DNA of 64,000 nucleotides from an uncultured Candidatus Saccharibacteria bacterium. GTDB lineage: Bacteria > Patescibacteriota > Minisyncoccia > Minisyncoccales > MHMH01. The position numbers and the translations under genes were made by a program. The notes beneath the pieces are model-generated. The model did no database searches. It saw only the letters and a list, made by a program, of their open reading frames with translations, and was not told the origin of the DNA. Location of the stretch: assembly GCA_964568775.1 (NCBI GenBank), contig CAZMQW010000001.1, positions 719 through 64,718 on the forward strand, given 5' to 3'. Of this stretch, positions 52,379 through 61,930 are shown in pieces; the stretch's first letter is position 1; every line of letters begins with the position of its first letter.

Positions 52379-52765
52379 CTATTGAAGAAAGAAATAACTA
52401 ACCACTACGAACGAAAAAACAAAGAAACCAAATACCGTAATAACCCTCTGCGGAACGGGAAGACCGATCCTCATTAAAACCTCTCTAGTAAAAGAGCGAT
52501 TATAGTTCTCCGGATTTGAAACCGCCAAACCCTGCAGACGCTGGCTAAGCGTTGTCAAAATGCAGGTCGGACGGAAGTTGCCTGTCCGGAATTTAATAAT
52601 ACTGCCCCAAACAAATTGATGGCCGAACATGGTGATAGTGAAGAAAAAATGAAAAGAAACTTTGTCTGGCCACCAGGCTGCCGGCACAAAAAACAAACTG
52701 CACCAAAAACACATGATGCCGTAATGAGAAAAATCAACAAACTTGCTCAAAAACTTCCGCCGCAT
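52379..52765 (-). CDS. hypothetical membrane protein
   Basis: 128 aa with 3-4 hydrophobic helices. Confidence 0.5.
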   Translation of the reverse strand: MRRKFLSKFVDFSHYGIMCFWCSLFFVPAAWWPDKVSFHFFFTITMFGHQFVWGSIIKFRTGNFRPTCILTTLSQRLQGLAVSNPENYNRSFTREVLMRIGLPVPQRVITVFGFFVFSFVVVSYFFLQ

Positions 52766-52770
52766 ATCTA

Positions 52771-54030
52771 CTAATATCCTTTTAATTTTTTTAAGGCGCG
52801 GTGTTCGCGAATCCTATCCAGGGCCTTGGCTTCAATCTGACGAATCCGCTCACGGGTCACGCCAAACTCGTTGCCAACTTCTTCCAAGGTATGGGTAATG
52901 CCGTCTTCCAAACCAAATCTCATAGCCAATATTTTCTGCTCCCGAGGCGTCAAATCAGCCAAGATTTCTTTCAATCTTCCTTTCAAAAGAGTCCTGGCTG
53001 CTTCCAGGGAAGGAGCGATTACTTTTTCGTCCTCAATAAATTCAGCCAAAACGCTATCGTCTTCGTCCTCGCCCACCGGCGTCTCCAGAGAAACTGTGTC
53101 CTGGGATATTTTCTGGATATGGTGAACCTTGCTAACGTCAATCCCCATTTCAGCCGCAATCTCCTCGGCCAAAGGCTCTCTGCCCAAATCCTGCAGCAGT
53201 CTGCGCCTGACTTGGGTATATTTGGAAATGGTTTCCACCATGTGGACCGGTATGCGGATGGTCCTGGCCTGATCGGCCAAAGCCCTGGTTATCGCCTGTC
53301 TTATCCACCAGGTAGCGTAGGTGGAAAACTTGTAGCCTCTTCTCCAATCAAATTTTTCCACGGCCCGAAAAAGCCCCAAATTTCCCTCCTGTATCAAATC
53401 CAGCAGAGTGAGATTGGGAGAGCGGCCGATGTATTTCTTGGCAATCGAAACAACCAGTCTTAAGTTGGCCCGGGCCAGTTTTTTCCTGGCTTCGTCGTCC
53501 CCTTTCTCAATTTTCTTGGACAGTTCTTTTTCTTCTTCAGCCTTCAAAAAAGCAACCTTGCCGATTTCTTTCAGATACATCTGAACCGGATCCAGCCGCA
53601 CCTCGCCGCTCGGCTCGATAAGTTTCTGGTCGTCTTTCTCGGTCTCCAGAAACTCCCTGGCTTCTTTGACTTCAATCCCCTTTTTGTCCAATTCGTCGTA
53701 CAGGTTCTCCAGAGCTTTGATATTTTTCTCTATATCGGGGAAATAATATAAAATTTCCGAGTAGGTGACGAATTTCCGGTCAACTCCTTTCTGGATCAAT
53801 TCAGCCATTTTTTCAGAAACAACCGGCGCTTTCTTTGTCCTTTTTCTCGCTCTTTTGCTCGGTTTTTTCCTTTTTCTGGCTTTTGCCTTTTTCCTGACTT
53901 TCGCCTTCTTTTTTCTGACTGTTTTTCTGGTTTTTTTCTTTGGCTTCCCTTTTGGTTTCTTAATCCTTTTCTTCCGCATTAACCTTGTTTTTTTGCAAGA
54001 AGGCTTCTTTTTGGGTTTCTTCTTCTTCAT
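52771..54030 (-). CDS. rpoD: primary sigma factor (sigma-70 family) with polybasic N-terminal extension
   Basis: Regions 2-4 are present ([37 protein letters not shown].. [20 protein letters not shown]). The first ~70 aa are almost pure K/R. Confidence 0.9.
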   Translation of the reverse strand: MKKKKPKKKPSCKKTRLMRKKRIKKPKGKPKKKTRKTVRKKKAKVRKKAKARKRKKPSKRARKRTKKAPVVSEKMAELIQKGVDRKFVTYSEILYYFPDIEKNIKALENLYDELDKKGIEVKEAREFLETEKDDQKLIEPSGEVRLDPVQMYLKEIGKVAFLKAEEEKELSKKIEKGDDEARKKLARANLRLVVSIAKKYIGRSPNLTLLDLIQEGNLGLFRAVEKFDWRRGYKFSTYATWWIRQAITRALADQARTIRIPVHMVETISKYTQVRRRLLQDLGREPLAEEIAAEMGIDVSKVHHIQKISQDTVSLETPVGEDEDDSVLAEFIEDEKVIAPSLEAARTLLKGRLKEILADLTPREQKILAMRFGLEDGITHTLEEVGNEFGVTRERIRQIEAKALDRIREHRALKKLKGY

Positions 54031-55757
54031 TCCTTGACCACTAGTTTATTGGCTAATTTATTGAATTCCCGGGTTAGATTCTGAACCCTTTCCAGCTCTT
54101 TTTCCGTTTCGGCCTTTTTAATCTCCTGAGAGATGCTGTCCAGCCGGCTTTTGGTGTCAATCATTTCTATTCCCCTCAAGCAAAGCTGAACCTCGTTCTT
54201 GCAGTCAATCCCCTCTCCCTCAACTTCTGCTTTCAGGTAAAGGTATTTGATGAAATCGTCTTCTTCAATCTTTTTTCCTTTTTTTAAATCAGTGAAGATA
54301 GTCTGGATGTGCGGCGAAAACCAGCACAGACAATCCTGATTAATCAATTCTAAAGTGTTTTCCGGGTTATTAACCACCAGGGCAGCCACCGTTTCTTCCA
54401 ACAGCTGCTTCCTGGGAATTATCTTAATCGGCTCTGGCTCTCCGGCCGGTTCGGCCGAAGCAACTTCGTGATAAGCGCCGTTAACGTTTTTCAAGCCTTC
54501 CTCCACCACTTCTTCTTTGACCCCCAGCCTCTTAGCCAGCTCCTGGATCCAGTGGGCCCGTTCAATGACATTGGGAATCCGTTTGATAACCGGCAGAATT
54601 ATTTTTGAAATGTCCCTTTTGCCTTCGGGAGTGCCAGCGTCAAACCTGGAGAAAGTGTTTTCAAAGTAGAACTGGAGAATAGATTTAGCCTCAACAATCT
54701 TCTGCTGCCAGGCTTCGGGGCTTTCCAGAATAAGGTCGGCCGGATCCTGGCCCTGATCCATGGTAATGATTTTTATGTTGAATCCCTGAGCCTGCGCTAA
54801 CTCAATCCCCCTTTTGGTGGCCGAATCGCCAGCCACGTCCATGTCAAAAGCGGTCAGTAAATTGCTGGAGTAGCGTTTTAAAATTTTCAACTGGAAAGGA
54901 GTTAAAGCTGTACCGGAAGTGGCAACTACGTTTTCCGTGCCGGACTGGAAAGCCATAATGGCGTCAACATAGCCCTCGACCATAATACAGGCGTCGTTCT
55001 TGCGAATAGCTACCTTGCTCTTATCCAAGCCGTAAAGCAACTTACCTTTGTCGTAAAGCATGGTCTGGGGAGTGTTGACGTATTTGGCGATTTCTTTTTT
55101 GTCTTTTTCTTTGAATACTCTGCCGCCGAAACCGATTACCTGGGAATTTAAGTCAAATATGGGAAAAATGATACGGCCGCGGAAGCGATCGTAGAAAGAA
55201 CCCTTTTCTGAAGTTAAACCGAGACCTGCTTTTTCAATCTCGCCCTTCTGATAGCCCCGGGAGTTCAAAAAATCGGACAATCCCTGCCAGACAGCCGGCG
55301 CGTAGCCGACTCGCCATTTTTTCAAAGATTCTTTGTTGATCCCCCTGCCCAGAAGATATTTTTCTGCCTCCTGCCCGACAGAGCTTGCCGCCAGCTGCTT
55401 TTCAAAAAAGCGGCAAGTTAACTCGCAAATTTCGTAAAGCCTGTTCCTTTCTGTTTTTAATTTAGGATCCTGCCTTTTCAGCTCTATCCCGGCTTTCTGG
55501 GCCAGAATTCTTAAAGCGTCGCCGAATTCCACTCCCTCAATCTGCATAACGAACCGGAAGATGTCACCGCCCTGACCGCAGCCGAAACAATGCCAGATCT
55601 GGCGGGTCGGCGAAACGAAAAGAGAAGGTTTTTTCTCGGAATGGAAAGGGCAGACAGCCCGAAAATTAGCTCCGGCCTTTTGGAGTTTTATATAGGAACT
55701 GATTACTTCGACAATGTCCAGTCGATTTTTAATTTCATCGATCGGTGAGGAAATCAT
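54027..55757 (-). CDS. dnaG: DNA primase
   Basis: Zinc finger [21 protein letters not shown] and a TOPRIM region (..MVEGYVD.. DMDVAGDSA). Confidence 0.92.
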   Translation of the reverse strand: MISSPIDEIKNRLDIVEVISSYIKLQKAGANFRAVCPFHSEKKPSLFVSPTRQIWHCFGCGQGGDIFRFVMQIEGVEFGDALRILAQKAGIELKRQDPKLKTERNRLYEICELTCRFFEKQLAASSVGQEAEKYLLGRGINKESLKKWRVGYAPAVWQGLSDFLNSRGYQKGEIEKAGLGLTSEKGSFYDRFRGRIIFPIFDLNSQVIGFGGRVFKEKDKKEIAKYVNTPQTMLYDKGKLLYGLDKSKVAIRKNDACIMVEGYVDAIMAFQSGTENVVATSGTALTPFQLKILKRYSSNLLTAFDMDVAGDSATKRGIELAQAQGFNIKIITMDQGQDPADLILESPEAWQQKIVEAKSILQFYFENTFSRFDAGTPEGKRDISKIILPVIKRIPNVIERAHWIQELAKRLGVKEEVVEEGLKNVNGAYHEVASAEPAGEPEPIKIIPRKQLLEETVAALVVNNPENTLELINQDCLCWFSPHIQTIFTDLKKGKKIEEDDFIKYLYLKAEVEGEGIDCKNEVQLCLRGIEMIDTKSRLDSISQEIKKAETEKELERVQNLTREFNKLANKLVVKE

Positions 55758-55760
55758 AAA

Positions 55761-56576
55761 TTATTTTTCTCTTTGCCAAATTGACATTTGCGGGAAGGGA
55801 ATTTCAATGCCTTCAGCGTCAAAGGTTTTCTTCAGCCTTCGCCTGAATTCCTTGAGAACGTCCCACTGCTTCAAGGGCTTAGTTTCCCCCAGCACCTTTA
55901 TCTCAACGCCCGAAGCGCTGAAATTGTTGGGGCCGGGCCCCATAACCTGAATGGGCTTTATGATGTAATCCTGCCAGGGGGCAACGTTGGCCATTTCCTG
56001 GCCCACCCTATTAATCACCTCAATCACCTTGTCCAAATCTTCCTTGTAAGCGACCAAAACATTCATGTGGGCCCTGGAGTAATCGGTCGTCAGGTTGGCA
56101 GCCACTTTGAACGTGCCGTTGGGAATATGATGAACCTTGCCGTCTAAATCGCGCATCACCGTCTTCCTTAAAGTAATAGCTTCCACTCCCCCGCACGTCT
56201 TATCCAAACAAACCACATCGCCCACCCTATACTGATTCTCCAGTATTATAAACAATCCCGCTAAAAAGTCACGGATCATGTATTGGGCGCCAAAACCCAA
56301 AGCCACTCCCAGCACACCGGCACCGGCTAACACCGGACCGATGTCAATATCAAAAGCAGACAGAATCATCATCACAGCTGTTAACCAAACTACTATTTTC
56401 AAAATGCCGCTGAAAATGCCGATCAAGGTATCTTCTCTTTTCTTTTCCGCCTCCTTATCTTCGCCCCTGACCGTTTTTCTGACGGCACGAGCAATAAATT
56501 TTCTGCCAACTTTATTAATTATAACGACGGCCACTATTATTAGAACTGTTTTGATAATTGCTACTATAGAGTCCAT
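55761..56576 (-). CDS. MscS-family mechanosensitive channel
   Basis: 271 aa with TM helices, then ..FIILENQYRVGDVV.. HIPNG.. Confidence 0.8.
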   Translation of the reverse strand: MDSIVAIIKTVLIIVAVVIINKVGRKFIARAVRKTVRGEDKEAEKKREDTLIGIFSGILKIVVWLTAVMMILSAFDIDIGPVLAGAGVLGVALGFGAQYMIRDFLAGLFIILENQYRVGDVVCLDKTCGGVEAITLRKTVMRDLDGKVHHIPNGTFKVAANLTTDYSRAHMNVLVAYKEDLDKVIEVINRVGQEMANVAPWQDYIIKPIQVMGPGPNNFSASGVEIKVLGETKPLKQWDVLKEFRRRLKKTFDAEGIEIPFPQMSIWQREK

Positions 56577-56591
56577 AATATTGAAAACAAA

Positions 56592-57080
56592 TTAATAATT
56601 AAACTTAACCTGGGAAGAATCTCCCCCTTTTAAGATTCTATCAACCATTTCAATTTCTTCCAAGATGCCCCCGATCAAATCGTAATTCTTGGCTTCTTCA
56701 AAAGTAACCCACTGGTATTCGGTATTTTCCTCGTTCAATGCCACCTCGCCCGATTTCCAGTCGCAATAATAGCTCAGAGTGAGAACCGGGATGCCGTCGG
56801 GCCGCAGAAAAGTAAGATCAAGCAGATAATGCAGTTCGCCGACTTCCAAACCAGTTTCCTCTTTAATCTCCCGCCTTAAAGAATTCGTCAGAACAAAGTA
56901 CCAAGCATCGGGAGTAGCTTTGGGCGTATTTACGTAATCTTCAAGTTCCAGCCCGCCTCCAGTCACTGTCCAGCGGCCGGGAAAAGCTTTTTTGTCCAAG
57001 CTTCTTTTCAAAATCAGGTACTTGCCGTCTTTGTGGATAATAGCGGTGGAAGTAATGCGATGCAGTTCTTTGTTCTCCAT
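56592..57080 (-). CDS. Nudix hydrolase
   Basis: GGGLE...LRREIKEETGLEVG is a Nudix-box-like sequence. I chose the ATG at 57080. Confidence 0.75.
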   Translation of the reverse strand: MENKELHRITSTAIIHKDGKYLILKRSLDKKAFPGRWTVTGGGLELEDYVNTPKATPDAWYFVLTNSLRREIKEETGLEVGELHYLLDLTFLRPDGIPVLTLSYYCDWKSGEVALNEENTEYQWVTFEEAKNYDLIGGILEEIEMVDRILKGGDSSQVKFNY

Positions 57081-57081
57081 G

Positions 57082-57432
57082 TTATTTCTCGTTCCAATCA
57101 ATGCCTTTTCTCTTGGCTTTCTTCTGGGTAAAGCCTCCCGGATATCTCTTTTGAAGCTTGTCAATGTTTTCTTTTAGAACTTCGTCAAAATCCCAGCCGA
57201 AAAAGTTGCAGATCATGGCCATATACCACAAGGTATCGCCCAAGTTCTCTTTGATCCCTGACACCTGGCTGTTTTTATGAGAAAAGGTTTTTTTGATGCA
57301 GCTGGCCAAATCCCCTGCTTCCCCGGCCACGCCCAAGCCCCAGGTCATTATTTCTTTATCTTTGTTTTTAAACTTCTGGGCAGTTTTTTTGCAGAGTTTT
57401 TGGTAATCTTTAAGGTTTTTTATTTTCTTCAT
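57082..57432 (-). CDS. MazG-like nucleotide pyrophosphohydrolase
   Basis: 116 aa with ..GLGVAGEAGDLASCIKK.. LGDTLWYMAMIC.. Confidence 0.7.
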   Translation of the reverse strand: MKKIKNLKDYQKLCKKTAQKFKNKDKEIMTWGLGVAGEAGDLASCIKKTFSHKNSQVSGIKENLGDTLWYMAMICNFFGWDFDEVLKENIDKLQKRYPGGFTQKKAKRKGIDWNEK

Positions 57433-57441
57433 AAATTTTGG

Positions 57442-57885
57442 CTAAACTATTTTAGTTAAATCACCCCCAAGTAAAACTGGTTTTACCCCCAATATCTCTT
57501 CTTTGTATGAAGTCTCTGGAATCGGATTTAAGAGATAAATTTTTTTATTCAAATAAAACGCCAAGCCCATTTCCATTAATGTGTTTGCTCCAATATAGCC
57601 CTCAATATTATTTTTGGCGTAATTTAAAACCAATATCGCATCCGACCAAGCAACCTTATCAAAATGCTTCTTCATCGCCCATTCTTTCCTATCCCAAACC
57701 CAGCCTTCATTGCTCAAACTTGTTTTCCTGATTTTGTAATACTGTAAAGCTGAAATCGGATTGCCGTTTCCGTCTTCAAGTTGTGACGGAGGTAATTTCA
57801 CTTCGTGGCCTATTTTTCCCAATTCTTCTTTGGTTTTTAACATTTCGTTGTAAAACGCAATGCTACCGCAAATAGTGATTTTCAT
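57442..57885 (-). CDS. nucleoside 2-deoxyribosyltransferase-like protein
   Basis: 147 aa. MKITICGSIAFY.. ..DAILVLNY...GYIGANTLMEMGLAFYLNKKIYLL is NDT-fold-like by eye. Confidence 0.45.
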   Translation of the reverse strand: MKITICGSIAFYNEMLKTKEELGKIGHEVKLPPSQLEDGNGNPISALQYYKIRKTSLSNEGWVWDRKEWAMKKHFDKVAWSDAILVLNYAKNNIEGYIGANTLMEMGLAFYLNKKIYLLNPIPETSYKEEILGVKPVLLGGDLTKIV

Positions 57886-57901
57886 GGTAAAAAATTTAAA
57901 C

Positions 57902-58483
57902 TTATTCTTTATACCCGATTTCTTTTAACATCTCAACTATAGTTTCCAGAGGAATGCCTCCTAAGAGATTATAGTAACTTCCCGATATATTTTTGACGAA
58001 TGAGGCGCTATAGTGTCTGATGGGATCATATCCCAAAGCGTAGGTGTTGTAATTAGGGTCTTCATCCAGGTATCTATTAATCTCTTCTTCGGAAAGTTTC
58101 CTGGTTGAAACATCTGTTTTAACGATTCTTGATAAAGTTTTCCCGGAGCTACTATTAACCATGTGAATCCCTGTATAGAATTGATGATTATTACCGGAAA
58201 GAGCTTTCAACCTTTGGAAATCTTCCTCTTTTGACTTTGGTTTTTCAAGAATCTGGCCGTCAAAATAAGTGACCGAATCCATGCCGATTACAATGGCATC
58301 GGAATGATTTCTAGCTACTGCTTCAGCCTTTAATTTAGAAAGTCCTTTCACTAATTCTTCCGGATTATCTCTCTCCGATTGCGATTCATCTACATTACTT
58401 CCCTCCACCCCAAAAGGAATACCTAAATATCCGAAGACTTCTTTACGATAAGGCGAAATTGTGGCTAAAATTATCTTTTGCAT
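57902..58483 (-). CDS. maf: Maf-family nucleoside triphosphate pyrophosphatase
   Basis: 193 aa with ILATISPYRKEVF.. ..VIGMDSV.. ..GGIPLE.. Confidence 0.8.
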   Translation of the reverse strand: MQKIILATISPYRKEVFGYLGIPFGVEGSNVDESQSERDNPEELVKGLSKLKAEAVARNHSDAIVIGMDSVTYFDGQILEKPKSKEEDFQRLKALSGNNHQFYTGIHMVNSSSGKTLSRIVKTDVSTRKLSEEEINRYLDEDPNYNTYALGYDPIRHYSASFVKNISGSYYNLLGGIPLETIVEMLKEIGYKE

Positions 58484-58659
58484 AATGGCGGGACACTCGG
58501 GTTAAGTACCCCGAGCAGCTACGTTTTTAAGAACATTATGGCACTTTTTTGGGGTTTAAGCAAACGACTAATTTGAGGCACGTGGGTCGGGGGCTTGTTT
58601 TCTAAAAAGTCTCCTTTTATTTCGGAATAAAGATTTGGGACGATTTCGGGTTTTTTGGT

Positions 58660-58718
58660 GTGTCCCATTTTGCATTACAAATAGAAATTTTGAAGCTAAA
58701 GTGGGACAAATGGGACAC
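58660..58718. repeat. 11-bp perfect inverted repeat GTGTCCCATTT / AAATGGGACAC
   Basis: Arms at 58660-58670 and 58708-58718. GGGACA is duplicated at 58702-58717. Confidence 0.7.
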
Positions 58719-58728
58719 AAAAAGCAAT

Positions 58729-58742
58729 GTTCCGAATGGAAC
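58729..58742. repeat. 14-bp palindrome GTTCCGAATGGAAC
   Basis: Read directly from the sequence. Confidence 0.7.
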
Positions 58743-58904
58743 AGCAGGGTGTGCCGTTTTGGAGTTTTAAGAGCGTCTTATCGATGTGTCTAAGTCTAGA
58801 CGTGTTTTATTTGGGAAATAAAACAAACGAGACACTAGACAAGGGTATATTTTGGTGTTTCATCCCAGAAAGATGAAAAGGGGAAATTTTAAAGATATCC
58901 ACAG

Positions 58905-58929
58905 CCCTGTTGCTTGACAGGGGTTTTTA
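58905..58929 (+). terminator. orphan plus-strand rho-independent terminator
   Basis: CCCTGT-TGCTTG-ACAGGG followed by GTTTTTAT. No annotated plus-strand gene lies upstream. Confidence 0.5.
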
Positions 58930-58970
58930 TGATATAGTCTATTAAGAGTATCGAAAAAGGGCGTCGACCG

Positions 58971-59777
58971 TTAGGACGATGGCCCTTTTTCATTTTCGTT
59001 ATCGAAAACTAATGGCAATCTCTGTCTTGCGTCTTTATCAATAAAAATATTAAAATTATAGTTCCTAAATCCATTCTCTATAAAATTTTTAACCCCAAGG
59101 TTTGTTTTAAAATGCTCTAAAAATCTTCTTTTATATTTATCTCCTCGTAAAATTACTCCTGTTGAAAGTTTTAGATCATAATTTATGGCTCCCACCATAA
59201 GATCTGTAAGTTGCAAAAGATCGTTTGAGCGCGAATCAAAACGACATACTCCAGCAATCGCCAATCTTTTAAGATTATCGTTTATTTTTCTTTTCACATT
59301 AACTTCAAATTTTACATGATCGGGTGTAGAGACATAGTCGGCAACAACAATAAGAATTTCGTCATCAGTAGTAGCAGCGGATTTTAATACTCTAATTGAG
59401 ATATCTTCGTAGGCTTTCCAGGGATCTCCTCCGAATTCCTTGTTAAAGTATTCTCCTTGTTTATCGAGTGAATACGAATGAAAATATAAATTTCTTGTTG
59501 AGAAAAAATTATCTAAAGCATGTTTTGCGAAGTCAAGATTTTTATTAGATAATTTATTGAATTTCATCTCATCATGAAAGTTTTGTTTTTTACGTTCGTA
59601 GATAATCTTACTGTTTATGTAATATGGCTGAGAACATCTAATAAAACCTACGGTAAAAAATGGATCTTTAACATCCATTAAACTACCACTCTCATCAAGA
59701 AAACAAAATCTAGTCCAAATTCCTTTATAATCAGCGAGGGTTAATTTTTTATTATCTTTATTAAAAAGTTTAACCAT
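58971..59777 (-). CDS. DUF3800-family protein
   Basis: 268 aa. The N-terminal ..FCFLDESGS.. motif is typical of DUF3800. The gene is visibly more AT-rich than its neighbours. Confidence 0.65.
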   Translation of the reverse strand: MVKLFNKDNKKLTLADYKGIWTRFCFLDESGSLMDVKDPFFTVGFIRCSQPYYINSKIIYERKKQNFHDEMKFNKLSNKNLDFAKHALDNFFSTRNLYFHSYSLDKQGEYFNKEFGGDPWKAYEDISIRVLKSAATTDDEILIVVADYVSTPDHVKFEVNVKRKINDNLKRLAIAGVCRFDSRSNDLLQLTDLMVGAINYDLKLSTGVILRGDKYKRRFLEHFKTNLGVKNFIENGFRNYNFNIFIDKDARQRLPLVFDNENEKGPSS

Positions 59778-59916
59778 TTTTGTTTTAGGTGGATTCTTTC
59801 TTTATATTTTTCTTTCATAGCTTATCTGCTTTAAGAATAGCTCTATTTTAATGAAAACTCAAGGTGGAGTTGAAGGTAGTTATTTAGCGGTTTTGGGGCA
59901 AATTTTAGGTTAAAAG

Positions 59917-59990
59917 TTATCAACTGCTGGGGTCTGGACTAAAGGTCGCTCTTGCGTCATTCCTTGTCTTGAAAGGTCGAATTATCAACT
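59917..59990 (+). repeat. paired short repeats upstream of the recombinase gene
   Basis: TTATCAACT at 59917 and 59982. AAAGGTCG at 59941 and 59972. Confidence 0.6.
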
Positions 59991-60007
59991 AAATAATAGC
60001 TAAAAAT

Positions 60008-61336
60008 ATGGAACAAGGAATAACACAAATTCGCAGCCCACAACAGCCTATAACTACCACTCCCCTTCGGTACTGCCTTTATGCCCGTAAATCAATGGAG
60101 TCGGAAGAACGACAAGTGCTTTCCATAGATTCTCAAGTCAAAGAGATGCTCCAGTTGGCCGAACGGGAGGGCTTGGAGATCGCGGAAATCAAGCGGGAGT
60201 CCCACTCGGCGAAAGATACGGGCCAGAGGCCTATCTTCAATGAAATCGTGGAAGAAATCAAACAAGGAAAATTCAACGGGATCCTCACTTGGGCGCCGGA
60301 TAGGATATCAAGGAACGCCGGAGATTTGGGAAGAATCGTGGATTTGATGGATCAGAAGCTGTTGCTCGAAATCCGCACTTACGGCCAGAGATTCACCAAT
60401 AATCCGAATGAGAAGTTTCTTCTAATGATACTTGGCAGCCAGGCTAAGCTTGAAAATGACAATCGGGGCATCAACGTAAAACGCGGCTTGAGAACGAGGG
60501 TGGAAATGGGCTTGTGGCCCGGAGTGGCTCCTTTGGGATACCTTAACCAGAAGCTGATGGATAAAAAGTGCCAGATTCTCGTTGACCCAGCGCGGGCTCC
60601 TATTATAAAGAAAATGTTTGAAAAAGTGGCATACGAACAATTTTCCGGAAGAAAGCTTTATAACTGGCTGAAGTTCGAACTGAACTTCTATACCAGGGGC
60701 AATAAATCGCTGACGCTTTCGGGCATCTACCGGATACTCGATAATCCCTTTTATTACGGCGTCTTCGAATTCCCGAGAAACAGCGGCAACCTCTATCAGA
60801 GCAAACATCAGCCGCTGATTAATCAGGAATTGTTCGAAAAAGCCAAAGCCCAGCTGAAACGCGATCAAATAGTTAGAGAAAATAAAGAGTTTGCCTTCAC
60901 TAAACTCTTCACTTGCGGCTACTGCGGATCGGGCATATCGGCCGAAGAGAAATGGAAAGCGCTTAAAGACGGCACATCGGCTCACTACATCTATTACGGA
61001 TGCAGCCGGGCAAAGGATAGAAACTGCAAGAACAAATACATCCGCGAAGAAGAACTAATCGAAGAACTACTTAAGATCATCGATAGGGTGAATCTCAACG
61101 AGCTCGGCATGAAGCAGAAGCTCGAGGATGAAATCAGGCGATTCAACAAGCTCCAGAAAATCGTGAACGGCAGAACCGGACAGGCGCTGGTCGAAGAAAA
61201 CGACGTAAACATCCGCCAATACGCCAAATATCTTCTAAAAGAAGGCAGTATATCGGACAAACGCGAATTGCTAGCAAATCTACGAAGTAGACTGAATTAC
61301 AAAGACAAAAAAATTACCCTGATTGAGGAGACATAA
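60008..61336 (+). CDS. large serine recombinase
   Basis: 442 aa with a resolvase-type N-terminal domain (YCLYARKSMESEERQ.., DRISRN), a recombinase domain and a zinc-ribbon (CGYCGS...YYGCSRAKDRNC). Confidence 0.85.
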   Translation: MEQGITQIRSPQQPITTTPLRYCLYARKSMESEERQVLSIDSQVKEMLQLAEREGLEIAEIKRESHSAKDTGQRPIFNEIVEEIKQGKFNGILTWAPDRISRNAGDLGRIVDLMDQKLLLEIRTYGQRFTNNPNEKFLLMILGSQAKLENDNRGINVKRGLRTRVEMGLWPGVAPLGYLNQKLMDKKCQILVDPARAPIIKKMFEKVAYEQFSGRKLYNWLKFELNFYTRGNKSLTLSGIYRILDNPFYYGVFEFPRNSGNLYQSKHQPLINQELFEKAKAQLKRDQIVRENKEFAFTKLFTCGYCGSGISAEEKWKALKDGTSAHYIYYGCSRAKDRNCKNKYIREEELIEELLKIIDRVNLNELGMKQKLEDEIRRFNKLQKIVNGRTGQALVEENDVNIRQYAKYLLKEGSISDKRELLANLRSRLNYKDKKITLIEET

Positions 61337-61389
61337 AAAAATAACAGGAAGGTTATCACTGCTCTGTTACTTTTCAAATTTATTAACTA

Positions 61390-61416
61390 GAGATTGCTAT
61401 TAATCTCGGCTTTTTC
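61390..61416. terminator. weak hairpin after the recombinase gene
   Basis: GAGATT-GCTATT-AATCTC followed by GGCTTTTT. Confidence 0.3.
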
Positions 61417-61464
61417 TGCGACAAAATTTAATTAAGGTTTAAAGTTAGTCTTGTAATGTCTTCG

Positions 61465-61890
61465 TTATAAATCATACAAACCCGGAGGAGAACTCACTTT
61501 TTTTATTGGTGGTTTGCGCTCTTTTGTAATCTTTATTATTTCAGGTAGAGAAATGGCGTTCTTTTTTAAGTCGTTCTTATCTTCTTCAGATATCTCATAG
61601 CCAACCTTACAATTTGAGCAGATTAAATATAGTTTTTTGTCTGCTTTTACAATTGGTATCCACAATAGATAAAATAAACCAAAACTGGCTGTGTTTGCTA
61701 ATTCCCATATTTCAAACATGGTATCACTGCTACAGTTTTCACAATGTAGTTTTCCGACAGTTGTTTGTGAGGTAAGTGCCTTATTGGTTTTTTGATACCA
61801 AAGCCCAATCCAATTCCGCACTATTTTTACCCTGTTATTTCCCAATTCTATCGCTTTCCATCTAGATAGAGCAATTATTTTGAAACACAT
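61465..61890 (-). CDS. hypothetical CxxC..CxxC protein with one TM helix
   Basis: 141 aa with CENC...(TM FGLFYLLWIPIV)...CSNC. No SD seen. Confidence 0.4.
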   Translation of the reverse strand: MCFKIIALSRWKAIELGNNRVKIVRNWIGLWYQKTNKALTSQTTVGKLHCENCSSDTMFEIWELANTASFGLFYLLWIPIVKADKKLYLICSNCKVGYEISEEDKNDLKKNAISLPEIIKITKERKPPIKKVSSPPGLYDL

Positions 61891-61930
61891 AAAAATGAGA
61901 GTTTAATTTTCATCCCCTACAAATTAACTA

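Larger units (their letters stand above)
58971..61464. mobile_element. putative integrated islet (DUF3800 gene plus large serine recombinase); boundaries not determined
   Basis: Recombinase gene, a strand switch, AT-rich composition, and flanking repeat-rich non-coding DNA. Confidence 0.4.

Noticed and set aside
58540-58760. tmRNA or SRP signals in the 58.5-kb gap: GCAAACGAC resembling a tmRNA tag start, and GGAAC-AGCA-GGG resembling the SRP 3' loop.
   Set aside because: The GCAAACGAC frame hits a stop after 3 codons. No tRNA-like acceptor or T-arm ends are present. The 5' partner sequence required for SRP helix 8 is absent.
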